A stretch of 64,000 bases of DNA from Nanobdellota archaeon (GCA_018815925.1 JAHIWS010000020.1:23993-87992), one strand, 5' to 3'; shown: positions 19,728 to 28,984, counted from the first letter of the stretch. Program-made: numbers and translations. Notes: generated by a model not told the origin, from the sequence alone.

Positions 19728-20396
19728 ATGGATCAAATAAAAGAAGCTTTCCAAAAAGTAAAACAAGATGTTGATTTATTAAAAAAAGATTTAGATTTCT
19801 TAAAGGAAAATATTGTTGAAACAAGACAAAAAATAATTGATTTATGCAATATAGTCTTAAAATTATCTAAAAAAGAGGCTCCGACACATAAACAAGATAT
19901 TCCAACAGTTTCGACACATCCTTCGACACATTCAACAAGGTTTAAGCCATTAAAAACCCAAAATATGCTTATTTCCACTGGAAATCAAGGGGTTTCGACA
20001 GACAGACAGACAGACAGACAGACACACCAACAGACACAAAAAACACCTCAAAACACCCCCAATTCTATTGAAAATGCAGTTGAAATGTTAGAATCCTTAG
20101 ATAATCTTAAAAGGGAAATTAGGCTGAAATTTAAAAGACTTACAGATCAAGAGTGGGTAGTTTTTTCAACAATATATCAATTTGACGAAGAGCAAATAAG
20201 TGCAGATCATAAAGCTCTTTCTAAGAAGTTAGGTTTATCTGAAAGTTCTATTAGGGATTATGTTGGGAGATTAATTAAAAAAGGAATTCCCGTCGAGAAA
20301 AAGAGAATAAATAATAAACAAATATCCTTATCTATTTCTCCCAATCTCAAGAAAATAGCATCTCTTCCTACAATTTTACAATTAAGAGAGCTTTAG
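19728..20396 (+). CDS. Coiled-coil / low-complexity linker / C-terminal wHTH protein
   Basis: LTDQEWVVF...LSKKLGLSESSIRDYVGRLIKKGIPV; linker encoded by CGACAC and (GACA)n repeats. Confidence 0.75.
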   Translation: MDQIKEAFQKVKQDVDLLKKDLDFLKENIVETRQKIIDLCNIVLKLSKKEAPTHKQDIPTVSTHPSTHSTRFKPLKTQNMLISTGNQGVSTDRQTDRQTHQQTQKTPQNTPNSIENAVEMLESLDNLKREIRLKFKRLTDQEWVVFSTIYQFDEEQISADHKALSKKLGLSESSIRDYVGRLIKKGIPVEKKRINNKQISLSISPNLKKIASLPTILQLREL

Positions 20397-20577
20397 CTAG
20401 TTTTTATGTTAGCCGAATAACTTCCATTTTTTTCAAACTAGTATTAATTTTAAGTCTCTTTTTCTAATTTTTTACTTTTTTAAATCTTAAAACCCTCTAA
20501 ATTTCCTTTTTTATTTTTATTACTTTAAACAATTATTTGTTTTTAATTCTCACTTTTGATTTTTTAAATTTCTTTTT

Positions 20578-21237
20578 TTAATTTTTCTTATGCTTTTTTG
20601 GTCTTTTTACACTCACTTTTGATTTTTTCATTAATTTTTCTTTTATTTCATCAGGGATAAATACCCTTTTCTTACCATTATACTCTATTCTTTCTTCAAT
20701 TATATCCCCTTTTTGTTTTATTCGATTTATCTGTCCTCTTATTGTTGATTTAGATTTTCCTAACATTGCTGCCAAATCATCATAACTTAAGTTCATGTCA
20801 CTATTTAAAAGTACCCACAAAATAGCCCTCTCAGTTACTGAAAATTGGTCTAATTTTGGTGTTTGAACAGCTGTTTGCACACCTGTTTGAACAGCATAAA
20901 CACCTGTTTGTTTATCAAACACCTGTTTAGGTGTTTTAAACACCTGTTTAGGTTTTAACTCATTCATGATCGATAAAATATTTTTCAATCCTTCAAGCTC
21001 TTTTTTTATCGAAGACAAATCTTCTTTTAACCCTTCAATATTATTTTGTTGTAAATTTTTTTCAGATTCAAGGTGTTTTATCCATCCACTAACAGCACTA
21101 ATATCTTTTTTAACAGCCTCAAAACCTTTTTTTGTGTCTTCTTCAACACGTTCTACCTCTTTTTTTCTAGAAAACCACCTAAACATAGTATTTCTAAATA
21201 CCTTAATTATATAAATCTTTCTATTTTTCGACGACAA
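20578..21237 (-). CDS. Coiled-coil / repeat linker / C-terminal wHTH protein
   Basis: FSVTERAILWVL...LSYDDLAAMLGKSKSTIRGQINRIKQKG; linker encoded by AAACACCTGTTT repeats. Confidence 0.75.
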   Translation of the reverse strand: MSSKNRKIYIIKVFRNTMFRWFSRKKEVERVEEDTKKGFEAVKKDISAVSGWIKHLESEKNLQQNNIEGLKEDLSSIKKELEGLKNILSIMNELKPKQVFKTPKQVFDKQTGVYAVQTGVQTAVQTPKLDQFSVTERAILWVLLNSDMNLSYDDLAAMLGKSKSTIRGQINRIKQKGDIIEERIEYNGKKRVFIPDEIKEKLMKKSKVSVKRPKKHKKN

Positions 21238-21450
21238 TTTCCAAAGATGTTAGTAAATAACATAAATAAAAAAGAGCAAAAAAGGTGCCAAAAATTAACT
21301 TTTTTCTATGCAAAAACAGTTGTTTATTTAAAAAAACACCCTTAGCAGCCTGTTTAAAACACCCTCAAACAACCCCAAACAACATAAACACCTGTTTGTT
21401 TTTTTAACTTTTCCATCGGTAAAGCACCATAAACAGCCTGTTTAAACAAA
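20865..21450. repeat. AAACA(N)nTGTTT motif arrays inside the gene (20865-20950) and upstream of it (21313-21450)
   Basis: ACACCTGTTT four times in the CDS; CATAAACACCTGTTTGTTT present identically at ~20895 and ~21383. Confidence 0.8.
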
Positions 21451-21578
21451 CTCAATACATACTTAGGTAACCTTAGTGCACAATATGCCTAGGCTAAGAA
21501 GATTAATACAAAATTTTTTTTGGAAAGATAGTAAATTATCCCAAATATCTTTAAAAAGATTATTATAATTCTTTCTTT

Positions 21579-21806
21579 ATACCAAATAAACAAGGGCAAA
21601 TAACCTTTAAAGAAGATCTTCTTTTTGGAGGAATTGAAGGAAAATTTTACATTGATTTAAAAACACCTAATTGTATTTATGTTGTTGAAAACATCAAATA
21701 TTCTATATCAACAGATAATGTTGTAAGTGTTGTAAGAGTTCCTTATAATTTTGAGGGAAAGGAACGATCTGAATTAGGGGTAGCAAAATCATTACAAATT
21801 GTTTAG
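21579..21806 (+). pseudogene. 75-aa ORF with ATA in place of a start codon
   Basis: ATA CCA AAT... = IPNKQGQITFKEDLLFGGIEGKFYIDLK...LQIV*, about 25 nt after a TTTAAAAA box. Confidence 0.45.
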
Positions 21807-22068
21807 AAGATCCAAGAGCCCCTAAAGATTGGAAACCAAAACCAACCTAAGAATAATTCTTCATGAGGAAGGTTATGGACCTTTTAGCAAACCTCCTTGG
21901 GTAAAAGGCGGTCCTCCACACCCTACAAAAAATACTAAAATCCTTCTCTTTCACTTAGCTAACCTTAGTGCACAACTCCCACAGGCCACAAAAATTAAGG
22001 TCAAAAATAGGTGGAAAAACAGCAAAATATAATGGATCTTTTTAAAAATAAATGATTTTATGTTTATT

Positions 22069-22386
22069 AATGGCAGATGAATTAAAAGATATAGGTGGGA
22101 AAACAATTAGTCCTGGAATCTATTATTTTCCTGAAAAAAACAATAACATTTCTTTCAAATTATTTTAAATTAGTTTCTGTTCCTTTTTTAGGTAAAGGTT
22201 ATTAGTGGGAACAACTCTTTGGGGTGTAGGTCTTCCTATTTCTCAAGATCATCCTCCAGACCATAAAAGAGCAAGGAAAAGAGACTTACTACAGGAGAAA
22301 TACCTGCATTAAAAATAAGAACTCAAACAGAAAGATTTGTTTCTCAAGATAAAATAGAAGATTTCTTTAACTTACAAGCAGCCTAA
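22069..22386 (+). pseudogene. Fragmented small gene (MADELKDIGGKTISPGIYYF..., early stop, downstream fragments)
   Basis: ATG after a TATA-like box, premature TAA, coding-like sequence continues to about 22386. Confidence 0.35.
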
Positions 22387-22525
22387 TTACTAAAAACCAA
22401 TTTTCCTCTATAAAACTTCTTACAACCTATATTAACAGAACTTTTTACCCTACAATATATGAACTAAGGGGGTCCTAAATGCCCGTGAACCATAACTTTA
22501 TATACCTAAGTGCACGTTATTTACT

Positions 22526-22738
22526 ATGAAAAAGAGGGAAAAAGAGATTAAATGCAAACATTGTGGAGAATGTTGTAAAAGATTAAATTTTACAGACAAA
22601 TTAATTATATCTCTTAATACATTTTCTTTTATGTTTTCTAAAAAGTGTAAATTCCTTAATCAAGATAATCTTTGTAAAATATATAATAACCGCCCTAAGA
22701 TATGTAGAGATTGGATTTGTGGGGTTTTCAAAAAATGA
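22526..22738 (+). CDS. YkgJ-like CxxCxxCC cysteine-cluster protein
   Basis: CKHCGECC...CKFL...CKIYNNRPKICRDW. Confidence 0.85.
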   Translation: MKKREKEIKCKHCGECCKRLNFTDKLIISLNTFSFMFSKKCKFLNQDNLCKIYNNRPKICRDWICGVFKK

Positions 22739-23508
22739 TTACCACTAAACCCTTAGCAGCAATATATGTAAGAGTTAGCACAGAAGAACAAGCAAGGCAA
22801 GGGGTGTCTTTAGCTGCACAAGAAGAGGCCTTACAGAATTATGCAAATGCATTGGGTTATGATGTTTTGAAAATTTACAAAGATGAAGGAAAATCTGCAA
22901 AAGATATAAAGGGAAGACCAGAAATGGTGCAACTACTCATAGATGCAGAAGCACGTAAATTTCAGGCAATTTTTATCTATAAACTTGATAGGTTTTCAAG
23001 AAGCTTGAGAGATCTTATAGAAACAATTGCAAAATTAAAAGAATGGAACATAGATTTTGTTTCTCTTCAAGATAAGATTGAGACTACAAGTGCATCAGGA
23101 AAATTAATGTTCCATATAATATCTGCTTTTGCTGAGTTTGAAAGAAATGTTACCGGAGAAAGAACAAAATTTTCTATGGATAAAGTAGCAAGAGATGGAA
23201 ATCCTATTACTAGAGCCCCTTGGGGATATAAATTAGAAAATAAAAAACTAATTCCAACAGAGCATTCATATCAAGTCCAGGAGGTTTTTCAAGATTTTTT
23301 AAACCAAGACGTGAGCCTCACTAAATTAGCAAAGAAATATAGTTTCTCTGTCAATGGCTTAAAGAAAATTCTAACAAATCAAACTTATTTAGGAAAAATT
23401 AAGTTTGATAAGCAAACCCACCAAGGAACACACCAAGCATTAATATCTTCGACGCTCTTCAACCACGTTCAGAATAAATTAGAAAAGTTAGGGATAAAGA
23501 AGATTTAG
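22735..23508 (+). CDS. Serine recombinase (resolvase domain plus short recombinase domain)
   Basis: AIYVRVSTEEQ catalytic Ser, DEGKSA, RP, KLDRFSR, FAEFER, APWGY, YLG, HQALIS. Confidence 0.92.
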   Translation: MITTKPLAAIYVRVSTEEQARQGVSLAAQEEALQNYANALGYDVLKIYKDEGKSAKDIKGRPEMVQLLIDAEARKFQAIFIYKLDRFSRSLRDLIETIAKLKEWNIDFVSLQDKIETTSASGKLMFHIISAFAEFERNVTGERTKFSMDKVARDGNPITRAPWGYKLENKKLIPTEHSYQVQEVFQDFLNQDVSLTKLAKKYSFSVNGLKKILTNQTYLGKIKFDKQTHQGTHQALISSTLFNHVQNKLEKLGIKKI

Positions 23509-23900
23509 AATTCAGATAAGTAATCTCTATCACTAAGTAGGCTTTTCATAGTATTATTTTTAATATCTTTAGGAAGAATAAGTTCTTTATTAATAAATTT
23601 AAGTATCCTATTATAATTTAATCTTAATTTCATTCCTGGTTCAATATGATTTGGGTTATTTCCAACAATTTTTTGGTTATAAGGATCATTATAAATATCC
23701 TTAGCATTAGCTTCTGGACCATAGTATCTTTGTGCAATTCCTGTCAAACCTCTCTTAGAATCCTTTTCTCGTACAGTATAAAAAGCATCCCTTATAGGCG
23801 TTCCTGATGATCCTAGTCCAGCCCAAAGTGCAGATTCTACAACCTTAGGAAATAAACATAATCCCGCAATTGTTAAAAACTCTCTTCTACCAACTTCCAT
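23505..23900 (-). CDS. LysM-domain protein with twin-arginine-like N-terminus
   Basis: GRREFL; YTVREKD..LTGIAQRYYG...IYN...NPNHIEPGMKLRL. Confidence 0.75.
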   Translation of the reverse strand: MEVGRREFLTIAGLCLFPKVVESALWAGLGSSGTPIRDAFYTVREKDSKRGLTGIAQRYYGPEANAKDIYNDPYNQKIVGNNPNHIEPGMKLRLNYNRILKFINKELILPKDIKNNTMKSLLSDRDYLSEF

Positions 23901-24152
23901 ACAAAATTTACTCTTTTAATATATTTAAAGATTATTGTGTTCCGCACACCCTAAATTTTTTTAAATGAATTTTTATTTTATGATTTTTAAAAAAGAGTAT
24001 CCAAAGACTTTTTAAAATATAAACAACCACACAATATATATTTTGATGCTGGAAATCCTGATTTAGATTATTATTTAACTCATAAAGAACACAGAAGACA
24101 AAAATATGTCTTTAAACACTATAGCTCTAAACAACCTAGAAGATTAAAAGAA

Positions 24153-24554
24153 TTATCTATAAGAAGTTTGCCTCATTGCCCTGGCCCTGGAATCTCCCGG
24201 TTTATAGGCTTCTTTTCTTCTTACATCTGCAACCAGTAAATTCCTATCATAACTTAAAAAAGCTTCAGAAAGCTCTTTTGAATTCGTAAATTTAATAATA
24301 GCCCTTGATAATGCAACCCTTGCAGCTTCTATTTGTGATTTTTCCCCGCCACTTTTAACATTTATTTCAATATCAAAATTTAATTTTCCTAAAATTTTTT
24401 CAGCAATTCTTAAGGGTTCTTCTATTTTGAATTTATCAAATTTTTGAAGAGATGTAAATGGTTTTTTATTGATTGTGACTTTTCCAGAACCTTCTCTAAT
24501 AAGGGCTTTTGCAATAGCCCTTTTTCTTTTTCCAGATGTAATTATTTTTTTCAT
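24153..24554 (-). CDS. rps9: 30S ribosomal protein uS9
   Basis: SGKRKRAIA...ARAMRQTSYR. Confidence 0.95.
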   Translation of the reverse strand: MKKIITSGKRKRAIAKALIREGSGKVTINKKPFTSLQKFDKFKIEEPLRIAEKILGKLNFDIEINVKSGGEKSQIEAARVALSRAIIKFTNSKELSEAFLSYDRNLLVADVRRKEAYKPGDSRARAMRQTSYR

Positions 24555-24609
24555 TTAAAATTGTATTTATGTTTATTTTGAATGAATGGAAATTTTATAT
24601 TTACTTTTA

Positions 24610-25002
24610 TCATTTTTTTAGTTCATTAATTTTTAAAAATTTGGTTTTCTTTTCTTTTCCACCTATTATTTTTTTTGATTCTTCAAATTCCTTTGGAGTT
24701 TTAGAATAACATTTTATTCTTTTAAGAGCCTGTTTTCCTCTTCCTTTTCTATGATTAGGAATCATCCCCCTTATTGTTCTTTTAACAATTAAATAAGGAA
24801 CTCTTGAAATTTTTGGGCCTTTTTGCCCACTTCCAACTCTTTGCCTTTTTGCTTCAAATTTTTCTTTAATATCTTTTTTATTGCCTGTGATGACTATTTG
24901 GTTACAGTTTAAGAGAACAATTTCTTCTCCTTTAAGTGCTTCTTTAGCAATATAACTAGCTAATCTTCCAAGAATTGCGTTTTTACCGTTGATTATTTTC
25001 AT
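24610..25002 (-). CDS. rpl13: 50S ribosomal protein uL13
   Basis: ILGRLASYIAK...VKRTIRGMIP. Confidence 0.95.
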   Translation of the reverse strand: MKIINGKNAILGRLASYIAKEALKGEEIVLLNCNQIVITGNKKDIKEKFEAKRQRVGSGQKGPKISRVPYLIVKRTIRGMIPNHRKGRGKQALKRIKCYSKTPKEFEESKKIIGGKEKKTKFLKINELKK

Positions 25003-25352
25003 CTTAAAACTACCAATCCTTTCCTTTCAGGATTTTTTTTAATTTCTTCTGAGATAGTTAAATATTCACAACCAGCCTGTTTTAGTTTTTCTTTCGCCTT
25101 TTCTGAAAAAGAAAAAGCAACCACTTTTATTTTCTTTCCTATTTCTCCTTGAGAAAGAATTTTTCCAGGAACAACAACATTTTCTTTTAATTTATCTACA
25201 TTAAAATTTTTTTGTTTTTTTCTAGGGCCTGATAATATTTCAGCAACTTCTTTCCACCTTTTGTTTTTTTTAGCAAGTCTAATAGTTTCAACTAATTCTA
25301 TATTATGCTTTTTTTTTGTTTGTTTTTCAATTTTAGTATTTGATTTACTCAT
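24999..25352 (-). CDS. rpl18e: 50S ribosomal protein eL18
   Basis: WKEVAEILSGPR...VVVPGKIL...VAFSFSEKA. Confidence 0.93.
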   Translation of the reverse strand: MSKSNTKIEKQTKKKHNIELVETIRLAKKNKRWKEVAEILSGPRKKQKNFNVDKLKENVVVPGKILSQGEIGKKIKVVAFSFSEKAKEKLKQAGCEYLTISEEIKKNPERKGLVVLR

Positions 25353-25537
25353 TTTTTGATTTTGCAGAAGTAGTTACCCTACTCTGCTAACGCTTGGTTT
25401 GACTCGCAGGTTTTGTAAAAATGTTAGTTTTGAGATGTTTATAAAGGTTTTTATATGCTTAATTAATTCTTAGTTTATTAACCTTAAGCCTAATTTAAAG
25501 GAAAGTTTGATAAAGAAAAATTTGGTTATCTTTATAA

Positions 25538-25621
25538 GCGGAGTTGCTGGAGTGGTCAAACAGGATGGACTCAAAATCCATTAGCTTAGTGCTTACACAG
25601 GTTCGAATCCTGTACTCCGCA
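25538..25621 (+). tRNA. tRNA-Leu(CAA)
   Basis: Cloverleaf; stem ATGGA/TCCAT, loop CTCAAAA, long variable arm, GTTCGAATC. Confidence 0.95.
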
Positions 25622-25636
25622 TAAAAACCTTTACAA

Positions 25637-26362
25637 TCATTCTTTACTAATTTTTTTTCCAACTTCGGCTAAGCCTTTTTTTAAGATTTCAATAGATTTT
25701 TTAAAAATATCTTCACAAGGAAGATGACCAAAACTTTCAAGAGTTATTAAAAGTTCATTTGTTGGATTTATATTTATTAATTCTTTTCCTTGTTTTTTGA
25801 AGTATTCAAGACAAATACCACATTCATCACATTTTTCAGAATTTTGAATTTTTATTTTTCCATTTTCAGAGGAAAAAACTTTGAGAGGACAAATATCAAC
25901 AATTTCTGTTGGACAATTTCTGTCAACTTTAATATCAAAAATATTCCTATAAAACATTAAACCTGGGGTGAATTTAGAGTGTTCTTTTCCTTTTCCGGTT
26001 TGTGTAGTTGCAACAAATTCTAATTCCTGACCCCTTTTTAAATCACTAATAGGAATTTTATTATGTGCTGGTTGTATAATTCCTTTTAATTCCTCGGAGT
26101 AAACAGGTCCTTCTTTTTTTGAACTCAATTTAAGCTTAATTTCTTTTGATTTTGGGCTTATTTTACTGCTTTCTAAAGGGATTAAACCTAACCTATGGGC
26201 AATTGTTTCATCATAAAGAGGAGAATCATTTTTTGAAATTTCCACACTCTCTATTGCAAGGGTTGGAATTTGGTTTATGTATCTTCTTATAGCATTTGCT
26301 AAACTTTCATTTATTTCTGCATTAAAAATAATCTGGTTTTCTTGTTTTTTTTGAAGTTTCAT
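25637..26362 (-). CDS. rpoD: RNA polymerase subunit D (Rpo3)
   Basis: LANAIRR, LYDETIAHRLGLIP, GKGKEHSKF, Fe-S-type Cys cluster. Confidence 0.95.
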   Translation of the reverse strand: MKLQKKQENQIIFNAEINESLANAIRRYINQIPTLAIESVEISKNDSPLYDETIAHRLGLIPLESSKISPKSKEIKLKLSSKKEGPVYSEELKGIIQPAHNKIPISDLKRGQELEFVATTQTGKGKEHSKFTPGLMFYRNIFDIKVDRNCPTEIVDICPLKVFSSENGKIKIQNSEKCDECGICLEYFKKQGKELININPTNELLITLESFGHLPCEDIFKKSIEILKKGLAEVGKKISKE

Positions 26363-26398
26363 AGTATTTTTTAATATACTTTGTTTTTAAATTTATCT

Positions 26399-26821
26399 TT
26401 AAGGTCTTCGACCCCTTCGACCCCCTTTCTTTTTTGGGCCTCCTCTTGGAACCCTTGTTGTATCAAGGATATTTAAAATTTTAAATCCTGATCTCGATAA
26501 ACTTTTTATTATAGCATTTGCTCCAGGACCAGGAGCAGGATTTCTGGTTTTTGCTCTTATTCTAACATATAGGAATTTAATACCTAAATCTTGAATGTTT
26601 TCTGCAATTCTTTTGGCTATAAACATGGCTATGGTTGGATTTGCTTTTAATCTTCCATGTTTTGTAACCATACCTCCTGTAACTTTTGAAATTGTTTTAC
26701 CAGACATATCTGTTACATGTACTATTGTATTGTTAAAAGAGGTATAAATATTTACAACTGCTTCTACTTCTTTTTTGGGTTTTTTAGGTGTTTTTTTGAT
26801 TTCTGTTTTTTCTTCAGGCAT
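26399..26821 (-). CDS. rps11: 30S ribosomal protein uS11
   Basis: SFNNTIVHVTD, PGPGA, KGGRRGRR. Confidence 0.95.
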   Translation of the reverse strand: MPEEKTEIKKTPKKPKKEVEAVVNIYTSFNNTIVHVTDMSGKTISKVTGGMVTKHGRLKANPTIAMFIAKRIAENIQDLGIKFLYVRIRAKTRNPAPGPGANAIIKSLSRSGFKILNILDTTRVPRGGPKKKGGRRGRRP

Positions 26822-26823
26822 TT

Positions 26824-27291
26824 TTATTTATTTTTTTCTGTTTTAATTTTCTTTTTTAAACTAATTTTATCTTCTAATTCTAAAGGAACAATATATGAAG
26901 GAATATTAATAATCCTTTTATTAACTAACACTTTTTTATGAACTATTAACTGCCGTGCACTTTTTGGCGTTGTAGCGAGTTTTTTAGTTAAAACTAATGT
27001 TTGAAGCCTTCTTTTTAAATAATCTTTTTTATCTAGAGAAAGAATATCTCCTATAGATTCAATTTTAAAACCAATTTTTTTTAACCCATTAAAAAGAACT
27101 TTTTGTTCATTTGAATCTGCAGAAATTAGTTTTTTAGCTTTTTCTCTTATTTTTTTTATCTGAGCTTCTGCTTTCCAAATCTCTTTTTTGTTTTTTAACC
27201 CAAAATCTTTTTTTATCTGAGCTTCTTCGGCAATTCTAGTTTTATCAAAAGGTCTTTTTGGTTTTGAATATTTTTTGTGTTTACGTTTCAT
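26824..27291 (-). CDS. rps4: 30S ribosomal protein uS4
   Basis: FGLKNKKEIW, RRLQT, ARQLIVH. Confidence 0.95.
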   Translation of the reverse strand: MKRKHKKYSKPKRPFDKTRIAEEAQIKKDFGLKNKKEIWKAEAQIKKIREKAKKLISADSNEQKVLFNGLKKIGFKIESIGDILSLDKKDYLKRRLQTLVLTKKLATTPKSARQLIVHKKVLVNKRIINIPSYIVPLELEDKISLKKKIKTEKNK

Positions 27292-27866
27292 TTTTTCTTA
27301 ACTTTCTTTTTAATTCCTGTTGCTTTTTTTCTGTTTTTTCTAAAATTACTTCTTGTTCTTTGTCCTCTTGTTGGAAGTCCAGCCATGTGTCTATAACCCC
27401 TATAGCTTTTTATTTTCTTAAGCCTCTTAATATCAAAATCTGTTCTTAATTCTAAATCGCTCCCCACCAAGTGTTTATTTTCACCATCTTCAAAATCTTT
27501 TTGCCTATTTACTAAATATTTTGGGATTCCAGGGTTTTTTAAAAATTCAACAATTTTTTTAATCTCTTCGTCTTTTAATGAACCAATTTTTCTATTTTTA
27601 TTTATTTTAAGGATTTTACAAATAGCATTAGATAAAGCCCATGAGATTCCTTTTATCTTTGCTAGGCCAGGATATATCTTCATCTTCCCTTCTATATCTT
27701 TTGAAAGAATTCTAACTACTCTGTCTTCATACATTTGTTCTAATTTTTGTTCTTTAATACCTGAAATACTTTTATCTTCAAGTGCTTGTTTTTTAGTTTG
27801 GCTGCTTGCAGACGGGATAGCTAGAGGTTTTGTCTCTTGTCTTTTTTCTAATTTTTGTTCTTTCAT
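27288..27866 (-). CDS. rps13: 30S ribosomal protein uS13
   Basis: IKGIS, SYRGYRH..GLPTRGQRTRSN; N-terminal extension. Confidence 0.95.
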   Translation of the reverse strand: MKEQKLEKRQETKPLAIPSASSQTKKQALEDKSISGIKEQKLEQMYEDRVVRILSKDIEGKMKIYPGLAKIKGISWALSNAICKILKINKNRKIGSLKDEEIKKIVEFLKNPGIPKYLVNRQKDFEDGENKHLVGSDLELRTDFDIKRLKKIKSYRGYRHMAGLPTRGQRTRSNFRKNRKKATGIKKKVKKK

Positions 27867-27868
27867 TT

Positions 27869-28405
27869 TTAATTTACAAATAAATTATATCTTTCGAGAG
27901 ATGTTAACTCCTTTAAAATTCTTTTTTCAATTGCTTTTTGAGGATCAGGAAGGTTTTGAATTCTTTTTTTCATATCCTCAAAAGATTCAAAAGCTTTTTC
28001 TTTTCTTTTAGTGATGATTTCTTTCATGTGTTTTTTGCCTAAACCAGGAAGCATTTCTATTTGATGTATCCTTTTGTTAATTGCATCTGCTTTATTAAAA
28101 AATTCAACAAATTCTTTTTCTTTTTCTTTTACTACTTTCCCAATATGCTCTTCTAATTGTTGTTTTGCAGTTTCAGTTATTTTTTCTTTAGGAAGTCTTC
28201 CAAGAATATAATATATTTTATCTCTTTTTCCTTCCCCAATATAAACTTTTTCTCCTATTTCTAAACTAATTCCTCTTCTAGGGACTAATTCTAAAAGAGT
28301 AAATTGGGTTTCCCCTATAGCTTGTGCTATAGGCATCATTTTCCTATCCAAAGGATATCCATTTGGTAAAAATTCTAAGATTATTGCGTGGTCTTCCTTT
28401 GTCAT
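27869..28405 (-). CDS. DUF655 RNA-binding protein
   Basis: AQAIGETQFTLLEL, HQIEMLPGLGKK. Confidence 0.9.
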   Translation of the reverse strand: MTKEDHAIILEFLPNGYPLDRKMMPIAQAIGETQFTLLELVPRRGISLEIGEKVYIGEGKRDKIYYILGRLPKEKITETAKQQLEEHIGKVVKEKEKEFVEFFNKADAINKRIHQIEMLPGLGKKHMKEIITKRKEKAFESFEDMKKRIQNLPDPQKAIEKRILKELTSLERYNLFVN

Positions 28406-28410
28406 TTTTT

Positions 28411-28716
28411 TTATTCGAATTCTTTAACAATTTTAAGTATTTTTTGGGCTTCATCCTCATTTAAACCAACATCTGTGAAAATTTTGTTTAATTCTTCCGC
28501 TGTCTCAGGCATTATGTCAATTATTTTACTAGTATGATTTTCATTAATTTTCATTAAATCTAATGTTTCAATTTTTTTTCTAAATTCTTTAGCTTCTTTT
28601 GGTTTTAAATTAGTAAACTTTTTTATAAATGCAAGAACATCTGCTTTGCTATCTTTTGTTTTGAGAACATCTTCAAGACTTTCAGCCATACTGAGGGTTT
28701 TAATTTTTTCTATCAT
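28411..28716 (-). CDS. rpoF: RNA polymerase subunit F (Rpo4)
   Basis: KIIDIMPETAEEL; conserved position between rpl21e and DUF655. Confidence 0.85.
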   Translation of the reverse strand: MIEKIKTLSMAESLEDVLKTKDSKADVLAFIKKFTNLKPKEAKEFRKKIETLDLMKINENHTSKIIDIMPETAEELNKIFTDVGLNEDEAQKILKIVKEFE

Positions 28717-28726
28717 TTTATGTGTT

Positions 28727-28984
28727 TTAATTTGGTTTTATTTTTTTTAAATGTATTGGAGGTATTAAAAATGTTTTCTCTTTGTTTTGATCCTTCATTT
28801 TTATAATATAAACCCCTCCTTTTTTACCTTCTACTACTCCGGTTCTTCCTTGAATTTTTAAAGGAAAACTTGATTTTACAGATGATTCTCTTTTTACACT
28901 TACTTTTTCTCCTTTTTTTAGTTCCTGAAAGTATCTACTAAGTTTTAGTTTTCCTTTTGTTTTAATTTTTTTCTTTTGAACCAT
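28727..28984 (-). CDS. rpl21e: 50S ribosomal protein eL21
   Basis: YFQELKKGEKV, QGRTGVV, PIHLK. Confidence 0.93.
   Translation of the reverse strand: MVQKKKIKTKGKLKLSRYFQELKKGEKVSVKRESSVKSSFPLKIQGRTGVVEGKKGGVYIIKMKDQNKEKTFLIPPIHLKKIKPN

Larger units (their letters stand above)
21461..22515 (+). repeat. Direct repeats ACTTAG(G/C)TAACCTTAGTGCACAA (21461-21483, 21953-21975) with a partial third copy ACCTAAGTGCAC (22504-22515)
   Basis: 22/23 identity between copies 1 and 2; weaker similarity continues about 100 bp to a TTTAAAAA box; spacing about 500 bp. Confidence 0.8.

Noticed and set aside
21863-21920. GC-richer hairpin with partial resemblance to an HDV-like ribozyme (CCTTTT/AAAAGG, ACC-TCCTTG-GGT, GG) or to the RNase P GAGGAA motif
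   Set aside because: No P2 partner strand or catalytic J4/2 segment found, and no RNase P 3' P4 strand nearby; at most a simple hairpin.
21461-21975. Repeats as a CRISPR array or Xer/dif sites
   Set aside because: Only two full copies about 490 bp apart, no cas genes, and no 11-6-11 inverted-arm structure.
22735-23508. Serine recombinase as the integrase of the left-hand element, or as an IS607 transposase
   Set aside because: It is separated from the element by 14 kb of core replication genes; it lacks the N-terminal MerR-like HTH of IS607 TnpA and has no tnpB.
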